Shown here: piece by piece, positions 1 through 12,273 of the stretch
Position numbering within the stretch: the first letter of the stretch is position 1
Layout: each line of letters starts with the position of its first letter
Source: Lophium mytilinum
Taxonomy: Eukaryota
Direction: 5' to 3'
DNA length: 64,000 nucleotides
Assembly: GCA_010093605.1 (NCBI GenBank)
Contig: MU004192.1
Span: 628,882-692,881 of the forward strand
Made by a program: the position numbers and the translations under genes
The notes under the pieces: generated by a model
What the model was told of the DNA's origin: nothing
Database searches by the model: none
What the model saw: only the letters and a program-made list of their open reading frames with translations

Positions 1-754
1 ATGACTTTCATCATCGGAGCCTACGCCTGGGCTCTTGCTGTTATTCGGTCCAGGCACGACATTGAGAACGTTTCTTTAGGCGTCATGATCCTCTTCATGC
101 TCTTGCTGGTTATCTGCTTGCTCCTGGACATCCTGGCAATTGTCATGTTTGGTAGAAACACCTTGAAACCCGGGGTCTTCCTTCTCTTCAACGTCATTCA
201 AACCACCTTCTGGACCGTCATCCTCGTCCTTGATATCGTAGCCCTTGCTCGACCAGGCGTCAATCGCGTAGGCATCCTCGGTAGCGCCATTGTCTTGTGA
301 GTACCCTATACAATTCCAATTTATATAACCCTCGTGAGCATATCTAACGCCTACCAGCCTCTCATTCCTCGGTCTCCTCATCTACGCGCTGGTCATATTC
401 GTCAGAGACAGGAAGAACCGCAAGCGAGGCCACGGCGAAAGCACGACTGCCAATCCTGCAAGTGTGCCCTTGGTGCAGGCGCAACCGCAACAGTACGGTT
501 ATACTCAACCGTTACAATACAATCCTACGACGGTTCCTGAGCCTTCACGATACCATCACCCGGAACCCGAGATGATGCCAGCCCCACAATACAAATCATC
601 TTATCCAACAACGGCCGTCGAGCTCCCTGTAGGATCGGGGGAGTCCGCCGAGTATTACTCAGGCGCTCCAGCCAGGGCTGCGCATGGTCCTCCAGCTGTC
701 AATCCGTTCTCCGATCCTCAAGCTCCGCCGCCAGCTAAGAATCCTTTCGAGTGA
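1..754 (+). CDS. Multi-pass membrane protein (MARVEL-like) with Pro/Tyr-rich C-terminal tail; may begin upstream of the window
   Basis: Several hydrophobic segments in ORF 1-300. Intron 297-357 (GTGAGT..CTAAC..CAG) joins in frame to a further hydrophobic segment and then ORF 464-754. Confidence 0.7.
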
Positions 755-1589
755 TTGCAGCACGGCAGTGATACGTGCGGTCTCGGGACCGCATAGTGGA
801 AGCGATACGATGCCGCTCCTGTCCATGTACAATACCAATGAAATGGGAAAGCGGCGTATGGGGTTCAGGGAATTGATGCATTATACCTCCGAGCTGGGAA
901 CAAGGCAAGAACATTTAGATTCGGGCACGAGACGGTTCAGTTTGCGAGGCTCAAGGGCTCTATACAACAGCTGATATCGAATCGGAATCATGGAAGGCCC
1001 TGTTAAACTAGAGAAACAATTCACGGATTTCTAGAGCAACCTTTTCTTTCCTTGCCTGGTATGTGAATATCGTTCGTCTGTGAAAGTTTGGACAAGCACT
1101 CCTCTCCAACATCTGGCCAGCGCTGATCACTTCGGCGGCGTAGGCTTGCACTTCCGCGAGACTGATTTCAGCCCTATGCGTGTGAAAAGGATGGGTACTC
1201 ACCCATATAGTCACGTGCATTTACTCGCTTAACCTGCTCGCTTAGTCCTGCTAGCGGCTACGCTAGTAGTAAACATATAAATAGTATTCACTTGTCTTGC
1301 CTGTCCTATAGACTCGACACTCTTTCATTTCAACTACAGCCAGACTTGCCTTTCCAAGTAATCACATTTCCAGATAAATGCCACTCCACTTGTCGTGGTA
1401 CCCTTAGATTCGTTGTGTTGGGTCGATCCGACGAGCGATGAATTTATTGATACAAAAGGGGGCAGTCATTGCTTGTGCGTTATCATGATACCGTTTCGGT
1501 CGCCATTTGTGGGTACTTGTGAAGTTGTAGAGACTGTTATGCTGGTAGGTGAAGATCTGGTAAATCAACTCGTCCTTCCTTTCTCACAT

Positions 1590-3051
1590 TCAACCTTTCG
1601 GCACCGGTGGTATCATCTTCAGCTCCGCAAACTCATCCAACACCTTCCGAATCGACTCGGTGGTATCAACCGTGCCGAACCATCCCAGCTTCCGGCTCTT
1701 GTCCATGCTATCACACAGAAAACATCAGTAAAACTCGTCCGTAAAAAGCAAAGAAGTAAGGAAAACGCCAACACACACCTATAATCCGTCTCCACGCCCC
1801 CCAACGCCCCCTCCGTAAACACAAACAACCTCTCCACATCCCACAACTCTCCCCTCGCCAACCCAAACTCTCTCGCCACCTCCCCCCACGCCCTCCCCAC
1901 CCTCTCCGTCTTCGCCCACGCCGTCAACCCCACCCTCCTCTCCTCCCACGCCGCCCCATCCCCCGGCCCCAGCACCGGAATCCCATACCACTCTCCCAAC
2001 CGCTCCCACAACCGCCCCCACGTGAACGCACTCCCATCACACGCATTAAACTTCTCCCCCGCCGCCAGCTCATCCGGCAACAGCGCCGCCCACTCCGCCA
2101 TGTACGCGTTCAGCATGGCTGAGCTCTGGGACTGCGTTGCGCGCCACCCCACCGCGGAGCCGGGGTAGACGAGGGGCTCGGCGAGGTGGGCGCACACGGC
2201 GGCGTAGATGCCGAGGGGGAGGATGACGTTCATGGCAGCGTCGGGCACGGCGCCGGGGATGTAGGAGGGCATCGTGATGGTGTAGGAGGTGCACACACCG
2301 GCGCAGAAGGCGCGGAGGTAGTCTTCTTGCGTGTAGTAGAAGTTGGGCTCGAGGAGGATGCGGGGGTCGGATTCGCGTTGGGGTTTGGGGGTTTGGGGGA
2401 GGAGGTGGGCGCTAGGGGTGGTTAGTTGGGATTAGAAAGAAAGGGGATGGGATGAAAGGGGGGGTGGTACGGACCCGTAGTTCTTGGCGCCGGTTTGGAG
2501 GAGGATGCGTTTGGGCGTGATGGAGGCGAGGGGGAGGGAGTCGCAGAAGTTGGAGAGGAGGGCGGCTGCGTTGGTTACATCAGCTTGTCTCCATCCAGCT
2601 GTCTAAGGCCTTCATACTGTTTACTTTGCACATTTCTTCCGCGTCAGACCAGAGTCTCTGCCCTGGTTTCGGTTCTACCTGGATGTATGCAAAAAAGAAC
2701 ACATAGTCGCTGTTCCCATCATCAGCAGTACCCTGGGACACATACGCAAATGTCTACAAACGCTTTAACGCCCTTCGCTTTAAGAGCTTCTGCAATTTCC
2801 TCCGGTTTCTTCAAGAGGTCAAGCGCTATATGTTCAGCATTGCTTGGAAGGCCTCCCGGAATCGCGGGAGGTCGTCGCGACAAGCAGTATATCTTAGTCC
2901 ACCTATCTGGGTCCTGGGCTAAGACGCGGAGCATGTGGTAGCCAGAGATCCCATTGGCGCCAGTTATAATAGCAGTGAGGCCTTTAAGCTCTTTCGGGTA
3001 GACTGGGAGGCCGTGGTAGATGCCGCGGGATTGAACTTGATGGATGGGCAT
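1590..3051 (-). CDS. PRISE-like (SirQ-type) atypical short-chain dehydrogenase/reductase
   Basis: Rossmann motif AIITGANGISG and LSRR. Spliced exons give DYVFFFAYIQ, LLQTGAKNYG, EPNFYYTQED, KFNACDGSAFTW and the C-terminus SMDKSRKLGWFGTVDT..MIPPVPKG*. Four GT-AG introns. Confidence 0.85.
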
Positions 3052-3624
3052 TCTTGGGGTGTATTGAGGGATTTGAAGAGGAGAGATAGACTGAACGGGG
3101 ATTGCTTAAGTACGTATTATGGAGTGGGTACCCGAGGTCGCGTTGTTGAATGAGACGCCAGTATCGAGTAGGAATTGGGATGTACCTTGCAGCATAAATA
3201 TTAACCTGCGCAATATGACGTTTGTAAGGAGGGATACTGAAGCGGGGATATGAGTTCCGCGGGCCAGTATTGCAAGGCGAAGTGTTGTTCAGATATCCTA
3301 GAATATTCTGATGGTAGGCCCCAAATCTGCTTTACAGCGGCATTCTAAAGATTATAAACAAATTGCTCAATTTATCGAAACGGGAAACCATCATAAGTGT
3401 GGTCACTTGTGGAACATCACGTGACCATGCCACTCTACCTGTGTCTAGGATATTCTAGCTCTAGAAAGCGTAAGATTCTCTTTCTATTATTACTATCTAT
3501 AGAATTTTCTCTATCTTGTTCTGGCTAGATTTTGTCCACCTGCATCCATTAGATTCCTGGATGTTAGTGTAATAATTTTCCACTTCTGCTCCCAATTAGC
3601 CAATCAGCATCAACTGGCTTCACC

Positions 3625-3710
3625 GCTTCTATAGCTCAGTTGGTAGAGCGCGGCACTAGTATCTTCTTACTGTCATGCCGAGGTCCACGGTTCAAATCCG
3701 TGTGGAAGCA
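3625..3710 (+). tRNA. tRNA-Thr (anticodon AGT) with 13-nt intron
   Basis: Acceptor stem GCTTCTA/TGGAAGC, D arm GCTC-AGTTGGTA-GAGC, anticodon stem CGGCA/TGCCG with CT-AGT-A, intron 3662-3674 after position 37, T arm CACGG-TTCAAAT-CCGTG, downstream T tract. Confidence 0.93.
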
Positions 3711-3916
3711 ATTCCTTTTGCTTGTAGCATCTGCGGGGAGTTATACTTTTGACGATATGTGGTTGTGGCTGTGGGAGTTCGGCCAACCCCTTACTTTTTT
3801 GGTGGGTAGCTACGTTTGGTGAGCAGGTAATAGTGTAGGCAAGTAGACTTTGAAGACGTCAAATTTCATCCTCTTTGAAGCGGTATCGTTCCTTTTTCGC
3901 ACAATACATCAGAGGT

Positions 3917-5278
3917 CTACTTCATGATCTCTTCATCCTTCTTCGGAGCCCCCAACGGCGGCGCCGTAGACACGTAATTCAACGGGCCTTGATGCGCCGG
4001 AATCGGCCTTGGGCTCTCCACCCAATCGAAATATCCCATCCGCGACGCGAACGAAACCCCTTCAGGTCCGGTAACCATCTTGTTCGCGCCCGCCAGCATA
4101 GAATGCGGGAAGCCGATCTCGAACGGATACGCTGCACACAATCGTCAGTGAAACCCATTCTCAAACATCCCAGCACTAAGAAAGAGTTCAACATACCAGC
4201 CTCAATCTCGTCAATATCCTCTTTAGTCAACTGAAGCGCCAACGCTTCAATATTCCCCTTCAAGTGCTCCACCTTCCGCCCACCGCAGATCGGGAAGACA
4301 TAGGGCGTTTTATGCATCACGTACGCCATCGCAACGCTCGTAATAACACTCCCCTTCCGCTTCGCCACCTTGTCCAACACCACGGCGACACTTTCCGCGT
4401 GTGTCTGCATCCCCGGCAGCTTCCTCCCGCCCTCGTTCACAACGCCCGGGAGCCTGAACGACCCCCCGCCGAGCGCGCCCCAGGGCGCGATGCCCATGCC
4501 TTCAGCAAGACACATAGGGATGATCTCGCGCTCGAAGTCGCGGGTCGCGGCGCTCCATTGGCCCTGGTAGACGGAGAACTGGCGCAGGCCGTGCTGGCGG
4601 GCATAGTCATTTGCTTTGACGACTAGCCAAGCCGGGGTGTCGGAGATGCCGAGGTAGAGCACTTTGCCCGCGACGACGAGGTTGTCGAGGGACTTCATAA
4701 GTTCGGGGATCGAGGTGGAGTAGTCCCAGAGGTGGACGTAGTACTGGCTTCTCATCAGCATGCAGTCACGTGGGGTTCGCGGATGGGATGAGAAGGGAAG
4801 ATATGAGGGCAGGCGGGGAGGGAGGGGATGGAGTTACCAAGTCAATATAGCTCGTCTTCAGCTTCCTCAAACTGGTCTCAACACATAGATGCATCGCTTT
4901 CGAGTTGTTGCCACCGTAGTTCGAAGCAATCAACCCCTCCTTCTGCAAGCTGTGCGCAATAGTCCCCGTGTACTTGGTCGCAATCACCATCTCGTCCCGC
5001 GTCCCACGGGTCTCCATCCACTCCCCGATCCATTGCTCGCTCTCGCCGTACTGGTAGTTCACAGCCGTGTCGATGAAGTTGCCGCCCTGCTCGTAGAAGT
5101 AGTCCAGCATGGCGAAGGACGTTTCTTTGTTGCACTCGCCGAGGATATCCTTCCAGGCATCGCCAAAGTTCATTGCGCCCAGGCATATGGGGCTGACTTT
5201 GACGGCCGCGGTGGGCGCGAGCAGACGGTGTCGTCCGAGAAGGGACTTTGGGGCTGGAGGTGCGGGCATGAGAGCCAT
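3917..5278 (-). CDS. Aldo-keto reductase, aryl-alcohol dehydrogenase / norsolorinic acid reductase-like
   Basis: VSPICLGAMNFG, GGNFIDTAVNYQ, VIATKY, LKTSYIDL, YVHLWDY, GKVLYLGISDTPAW, PWGALGGG. Introns at about 4744-4837 and 4132-4195. Confidence 0.92.
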
Positions 5279-5984
5279 GATGACTTGTTTCTAAGAATGT
5301 GTTGGGTGAGTTGGAGAGAGAGTGATAATTTGGTTGAGTTTGGTTGAGTTTGGTGGAGTGATCGAGGTCTCTTTGCCAGTTTTATAGAGATGTTGGAAAT
5401 AAGTGACCTCACAATACCACGGCGTTATGCCCAGTAACTCCGCAAGGAGTTAGGTCGAACCTCGGGCTGGCGCCAGCAGAAGTATGTACAGAACGGCGGA
5501 GTTCAACGATGCTTTGCAAGCGAAGTGTAACGCGGCCGGGCTTTAGATAAAACCCAGGTTGATCCCCCGCACACTGGTGATGTGTTTGGTCGATGCACCT
5601 GCAAAAGTTACTCAGCTTCCTCGGGTCTCCGTGAATGATTGGCATGAATGAAGGTTAAGCGAACATACAGGTCTCTCAGATATAGGAGTTGATAGGTAGA
5701 GAACTCTGACTCAATTGTGGTCTAAATGAAAGGCGTATAGCCATGTATATATATATGCAAATGCTTGCTGTAAATGAATATCATCAGCAAAATCGTTAAC
5801 ACGAAGTCTCCTCGAGCAAAAACTCCGCCTGCCAGCGACCATCCAGCCGGGCATCCCCAGATTCGCTTCCTGCATAATCCAACAATGCAACGCCGTCCCA
5901 GTGCCTGTCAAGGCTATGAAGAGGAAAATTGTACATGGAAACAGTAGAGAAATGCTGCTCGGAATCGCAGTGACCAGCCCCAAA

Positions 5985-7469
5985 TTACCACGCGTCTCCA
6001 AAAATCTCCTTTGGACTTTGCACAATGTCGTTCTCTGTCGCGACCTTCTTGCCTTCAACCTTCTTGATCGCCTTGCGCTCCCTCTTGCCGACCAGATGAG
6101 GCGTAATAGGTGTGATTGGCGTGAAAGGCATATAAGGACTGTATGGTGTAGCTGGCACACCTGTTCGGGGCGTCTGCAGAGACAGCTGGTCTCGCCTTCG
6201 GTCGACATAAGTGGTCTTCGTGGACGGTAAGGCGGCGGCTCCGTCGCCATAAGCGCGGAAGGGAAGCGCCCCTCCGCCTCCAGTAGCAGACTTCCCGGGC
6301 GATGATGTAGGCGCAGACCCAACGGCTGGTGGGTTGCTATAGGAGGAACCAGTGCGTTGCGGCGCTGGACGAGGCAGTGGTTGCACCTTGTCGAGACCTT
6401 CATAGGTGTAGTCTGCTTCAGGCGACGCGGGCGTAATTGGTGACATATCTGGAGGAGATGGTGGTGCAGGAGGATTGTAGAAGCGGGGTGAGAGGGGCGT
6501 GCGTGCCTCATCGTACATGTTTTCACCAGGGTACTTTTGGATGGGCCCGGAAATGCGCAGATTCTTCAGCCCGAGTCGCGATTTGCTGCTTGCGGAGCTC
6601 ATAGACGGTGTTCGGTCCTTCTTTGACAACACGCTGCGTGGGCTCGCGGGAAGTGTTTTGGACGGACTTGATGGTGCGCGAGGTAGCGGCGCAGTCGCGG
6701 GAGGCTGGTGGAAATTCGGGGGGTAAATGGCTTTGACTGGACTTCGGGGACTGGTAGGGCTCGTAGGGTTGCTGTAGTTCGGCATGACGAGCCTCCCCTC
6801 TCCAGATGTATTGATCATTGGAGGTAGCTTCCTTGCTCCTCTGGGTGGGCTTTGTGCTTGTTCTTGTTGGTTCTTCGACCGGGTATCATCTTCATCGCTA
6901 TCGTGCGTTGCGGTTGAAACAGCGCTATATGTATTCTTTTTGGCGTCGTGGTCCATCACTGCGGCATAGAGTCTTTCCATCTCAGATTGGCGTTGTGCTT
7001 TGGCTGAATCGATAATGGCTTGGTCGAAAGAAGTTGGGCTCTTTGCCTCGTCGGGGCTTATGGGGCTGCTAGCAACACTGTTCACACTTGTGGTGCTCTT
7101 CTTGAAGCCCCGCTTGAACCACGAGGTCGCAGACTTGGAGGATAGCGGCGACAATGGAGTTGCGTTGGCGTATGGTCGGGCCTTGACCAGCTCAATGTCC
7201 AGCGACTTGGGCGAGGTCTCTGCGTTGCGTCTCATCTTCCGGCCGACGGTAAGGAGCAGGACGCCCCAGATAAGTACGGTGACAACGTAGGCGCCGACGA
7301 TGCCGCAGATTTGGGCCGGCAGGAGTTTTCTGTTTCGCGATGCGTGGGCGGAGAGGGGAGGGCCGTCCTCGGGAGAGGGAGCTGGGGCGTTGTAGATGAA
7401 ACCAGGCTCAGCGCAGACGTAGTGGGCCAGAAGGAGGAGTGATGAGATTTCTCCCACACAGCTAAACAT
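5985..7469 (-). CDS. Uncharacterised single-pass membrane protein with long Pro/Ser-rich cytoplasmic region
   Basis: Long open frame, likely ATG at 7469 (MFSCVGE). TM segment ICGIVGAYVVTVLIWGVLLLTVG, then low-complexity SP/TP-rich sequence. Confidence 0.75.
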   Translation of the reverse strand: MFSCVGEISSLLLLAHYVCAEPGFIYNAPAPSPEDGPPLSAHASRNRKLLPAQICGIVGAYVVTVLIWGVLLLTVGRKMRRNAETSPKSLDIELVKARPYANATPLSPLSSKSATSWFKRGFKKSTTSVNSVASSPISPDEAKSPTSFDQAIIDSAKAQRQSEMERLYAAVMDHDAKKNTYSAVSTATHDSDEDDTRSKNQQEQAQSPPRGARKLPPMINTSGEGRLVMPNYSNPTSPTSPRSPVKAIYPPNFHQPPATAPLPRAPSSPSKTLPASPRSVLSKKDRTPSMSSASSKSRLGLKNLRISGPIQKYPGENMYDEARTPLSPRFYNPPAPPSPPDMSPITPASPEADYTYEGLDKVQPLPRPAPQRTGSSYSNPPAVGSAPTSSPGKSATGGGGALPFRAYGDGAAALPSTKTTYVDRRRDQLSLQTPRTGVPATPYSPYMPFTPITPITPHLVGKRERKAIKKVEGKKVATENDIVQSPKEIFGDAW

Positions 7470-9014
7470 GGTTATATGGCAGTCGCCAGGCTGATCTGCT
7501 CTCGCTGCGACGACGTTTGCGACGTGCAACGAAGCGGAGGGGCAGGCGAAGTGTAACAACGGGCATCACGGCGATTTGTAGGGGCAGCGGCTATGTATAT
7601 CGACCCACAGCGGTCTGGAGGCTTTGGTGGACGCAGCCTTTGGGCCAGTCGAGGTGGGATACAGCAGTTGGCAGCGGTGATTGGATAGGCGCAGGAAACA
7701 TTGGTGATTCAAGCCAGGAACATGCATCGACTTTACCGCCCGCTAGGCCATCAGGGCTGCCGATAGGCGCACCGGGACGGCACTACGCGGGGGCTTCTAG
7801 GGCCTGACAGCCCGACTTTGCATGAGGCATGATGCCAGCACCACGAGGGGTCCCGTCCGCCGTGATTGTGCGCAGAAGACCCTGACTGCATAGCTTTGAG
7901 GATAACAATTGTGACGAGCGAGTGTCGATGGCATCCTATTCGCGATGTGAATGCCCTCATGCCTCGCCGTAGCCCCCTGTCGCCCGCAACGGCACGGTCC
8001 TGGTGTGGCTTCGTGCTTCTCCACACTTGTAAGCGCCCGGGCAGGCCAATCGCCGCCCAGGTCACTCCATCACCTCAAGACACCATCGCCTTATCACGAG
8101 TCACATCCACCGACCGCAGTCCGTCAATGCACTAACGGGATTGTCGAGCACCGAGGAACGTGTCGTGTAGCCAGCCGGACGTGTAGGATAAGGCATCGTG
8201 GTGTGACTCGGGCTCGATACGAGCTTCACCAGTGGAAGCCTCCATAATGCGATTCAAGATGCCGGATGATCAGAAACAGCACGTCCTTCGGATTATTGGG
8301 ACAAACAGGACAGCCTTGTGAGATCCAATATATCAACGGCTCCAGGGGGAACGAGCTAAGCCTATCGTTTCGCAGCGAAGAAACCTCGCCTGGGAAAGCC
8401 GCACTCCTTTCTCGCCATGCGCGCTGGGGCTCCAGCATTCATTCGAGGACTGAGAGTGGATGTCTTTCGTCAGAGAATGTGATGTTACAGAAGAGGGAAG
8501 CAATGTAAATCCATCTCTTTCGTGTCTCTTTATCATTCAGATATGACTGGCGATCTTGCAAAGCTCCGGATACAGATGGAAATGCTTATGAAAACTGGTG
8601 CGAAATAACGATCATCTTTGCTTACTATAATCTCTATGACACTGATACTATAAGGTTTGGTGCTGGGAAAAGACACCTTGTCGCTTCCCTCTCAAGGATA
8701 CAACCTCAAGAATGCCAGGACCCACCAGATCACGTGAGAAGCATCGCTAAGGTGGGTGTAGCGGATGAAAAAAAGAGGATCTGGAGGAGAAAAAATCCAC
8801 AGCTCTCTACACCTCGCTTAACCCTCGAAGAGCCAAGACCTTCCTCTCGAAGCCATCACGTGCGCAATGATATCGTTATTTCCAATTTGATGGTTTGTAA
8901 TCGTAACACATAGCTATGTAGGTAATAGCCTTCCAATATAGCAATTAAAGAGCCATCAGCACTCGGGTATCATATCCCCCGCAACGCCATCAATGCCATC
9001 AACCCAGCAGCCCA

Positions 9015-11332
9015 TCAAGCCCGCTGCTTCCCCTTCCCCTTCCTTCTCCCCTTCTTCTCCTCGTCTTTACCAGGACCCAGCTCCATCTTCCCTGCCTCCA
9101 CCTCTCCGTCCTGCAGTCCCAAAACCTCATTCTCCTGCATTTCCTTCAGTTTCTCCTGCCCGCTAATGAAGAAGCTTAAGTCCCGGTTCTGCTCCTCCAA
9201 GTCCGCCTTCTCCTTCTCCACATCCTTTACTTTCGTCTCCGCCTCCGCAACCTTGGACTCCAGGAACGCGATACGCGTCATGAGAGACTCATTGATCGTC
9301 TTTTCCTCCTGATACTGCTTCGTGAGCCTCCTAGCCAGCTCTTGCGCAGAAGTCGCGCGCGCCGCGTGCCGCGCAGAGTCCCGCTCGAGACTCTTGATGG
9401 ACGCCTGCGCCTCTTCGTGCTTTCGTGCCAGCGCTGCGAACTGCTGCGACAACGCCGACGCGGTGCGGGACGCCTCGTCTGCTGCTGAGGCGGCTTGAGC
9501 GGCCTTGTCCGCCGCGCGCTCGACTTGCTCTTCGAAATAGGCTCGCTGAGATTCTAGCTGCGACGTGAGGAGGTAGGCATACTCTGTGCCCATGTTGTCG
9601 AGCTTCTCGCGCGGCACGGTGTCGGCTGCGTAGCCCGTCATGGTATTCGAGTCGCCGGGAAGATAGGGGTGGCGGAGCGAGGATGCGGGGAGGTCTACGA
9701 GTTTCCCGTCGGCTTTGTTCTGGATTAGACGGTGGACGTAGCCGTCGCCGGCATAGTCCCAGACGTGTTGGGTTACGACGTCCATTGCGTAGGAGTGCGA
9801 TGTTGCCTCGTAGTGGGCGAAGGCGTGGGCGGAATCGTATCGACCACATCCTGTGTTACCGCAGATAAGGCTAGGAATTGTAAGTTTGTACTTCTTGGAA
9901 AATGGGAGGCTATGCGTACCAAATCCACAGATTGGAAGTTGATCCGCAGACGCTGCACTCGTTTTCGGGGGCTTCCCCATCGCCATGACCTCGCCCTATC
10001 AGCGCATCATTCTGGGTATACCGACACACAGGACAACCACTGCCTCGCCATTTCTCTAGACATGCACAATGGAAAACATGCTGGCACAGGATCGTAAGAA
10101 GTCCAGTTGTCTCATCCATCCGTTCTAAGCAGACCGGGCATGTTGGGAGCTCAACGAGTGAAGGAGTGGGCGGAGCTAGTGGTTTGGTAGTGAGAGATGA
10201 TGCGAGCGGCGACGGCTCAACTGGGGAAGAAACCGTTGCCGGTAGTGGTGCAGTCGGTTGAGCCGAAGCAGCAGGTGTGAAAGGATCGTTATTCATATTT
10301 GGAAAACTTGACGGATCACGGTTGGAATCCGCCGTCTGAAACTCAATAGACTTGACAAACACAACATGGCAGTTCTCTGGCTATGTTACTGATTAGCATC
10401 ACACTCGTGAGGGATATCGGAAATATAATTACCTCCATGCTGTTGAAAGGCTTCCCATTCCACTCCTTCCTCCACTCCCTCGCCTTCTGAGCCTCCCTGA
10501 ATTTCATGAGCACCATGTATTTATTCGTCCTTCCAGTCCTGATCAGCCGGAAGTGGCTCACGTCCTCCCTCGTCTGCTCGCCCACAAATCCAAGTAGATC
10601 TGACGGCGTCATGTACGATGGCACGGCTAGGATACACAGCGTTGTGCAGTCTTCCTCTGTGAAAGTTCTCCCATCTGATCCTTCGCCAGCTCCTACACTT
10701 TCCGAGCCCGTGCTCGACGTTGTCTCATCGTATAAGCCTGGCGTCTCTTGCCCATCCCGGTATAGATGTACCACTCCCCACCCAACTTCAGTATTCTTGG
10801 GATCCGAAGGGACGAACTTGCCCTTGGTAGCTAGACCACCAGAGCTTGCTCCAACATGGGTTGTGTGATTCAACGATTTGCCCCGCGGTCTGCTCTCACC
10901 CCCGCTTGTGACTGCGCTCATATCTATGCTCTGGATCGAGACACTGCCAAACCGCCAGTCCTGCGAGGCTGGGTGCTGTGTAGGCGTGCTGGTCGAGGTC
11001 GGTTTGACCAGAGGCACTGGACTCTCGCGATGGTCCCCGGAAGAGTGTCCGTTGAGGTGGCTGAGCCTCCGCTGGGCGAGTGGTCGAGCCTGCGAGGTGG
11101 ATAGAGGAGGAAGATCGCTGCTCAGAGTGGCGGTCTTGGATCGACGGTGACTCGGTCTACTCGGTATAGAGCCCCAGGAAGAGATCCTGTGAACGGGAAG
11201 CTCGGAGGTGAATATGTCGGTACCTGACGGAGGTGTGTAGACAGGCTGCAGCGAAGTCCTAGACAGTTGCTGCGCACGCCCTGTAGGGTCTGGATAGAGC
11301 TCAAACGCGAGATGGAAAAAGTAAGATGGCAT
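9015..11332 (-). CDS. ETP1: BRAP2/ETP1 family RING finger and UBP-type zinc finger protein
   Basis: BRAP2 domain (LCILAVPSYMTPSDLLGFVG..WNGKPFNSME), RING CPVCLERMD..CQHVFHCACL..CPVC, zf-UBP CSVC..WICLICGNTGCGRY..HAFAHY, C-terminal coiled coil. Two introns at about 10378-10431 and 9865-9916. Confidence 0.92.
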
Positions 11333-12273
11333 TAGGACAGCTTCTCGGTGTCGCCATAAGCTTCGTGCATAGTGGAAGGCCGGTGGTGGGGACGTTGCTG
11401 TGGATGGTGATGTTACGCAGTGGCACTGGGGATTTATTTGCGGAGTGGAATGAGCTCATCCCCGCCAACATCACGTCCCTGACCCGTTCACTGCAGATAG
11501 GGATAAAACTATGCCTCGGGTTTTATATGCTAAGCCTTGGTCGCTACCGTTCGACGTGCTTCGGCGCATCCTGAAAGTTTTGGTAAGAACATAAGGTGGG
11601 AGATTGAATCAGTGGATTTTCACGTGGTGACAGTCGGCCTGCTTGCCACCGTTTATGGTGCTTCAGCACCTTGTCACAAATTGAGACAAGATGAAGAGGC
11701 GGCGTCCCCATACTCATGTCCTAGGTATTAATGTACAAGGAGAGCATGTGTAAGCACGTTTGACGCTTTTCAACTTCAGTATGGCTTCAAATCGAGGTAT
11801 CCTGAGTATGGTTTGACGACTTCAAAAACAAGAACGCGAGGTGATGATGTGATATTTTGTTTTCATTTCCATCCGGCTTTTCTCCAATAGCTATATATAC
11901 ACGCCAGGCCCGCCGACCCGCTGCACCATAAAATCTTAAAGCAAACTCCGTAAACATGCAGTAATGTCCGCCCAGCCGATCCTCAAACGCCCTTATAACG
12001 CTGATGCAAGTTTGAGGCCAATGCCTCCGAATGTCGGGACGATGCCGCGAGAGAGGGTATCACAGCATAGCGCTCAGACAAAAGAACAGGAACAAGGCTA
12101 GCAAGCTTCCAGCCAAAAACCCCAATGAACGTCCTTCGTGGCTATCTTCAACGATGAAGAACTGGGCCTTCCTGATTGAAGGATATGCAATTAGGTGTTG
12201 GGGATCTCGTGAAGCCGTAGTTCGACTTGGAGCTGTCGATAATCGTTTTGCGGATCTTTAGGCTGAGGAGAGC

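Noticed and set aside
3640..3822. 60-aa ORF
   Set aside because: Overlaps the tRNA-Thr gene; spurious.
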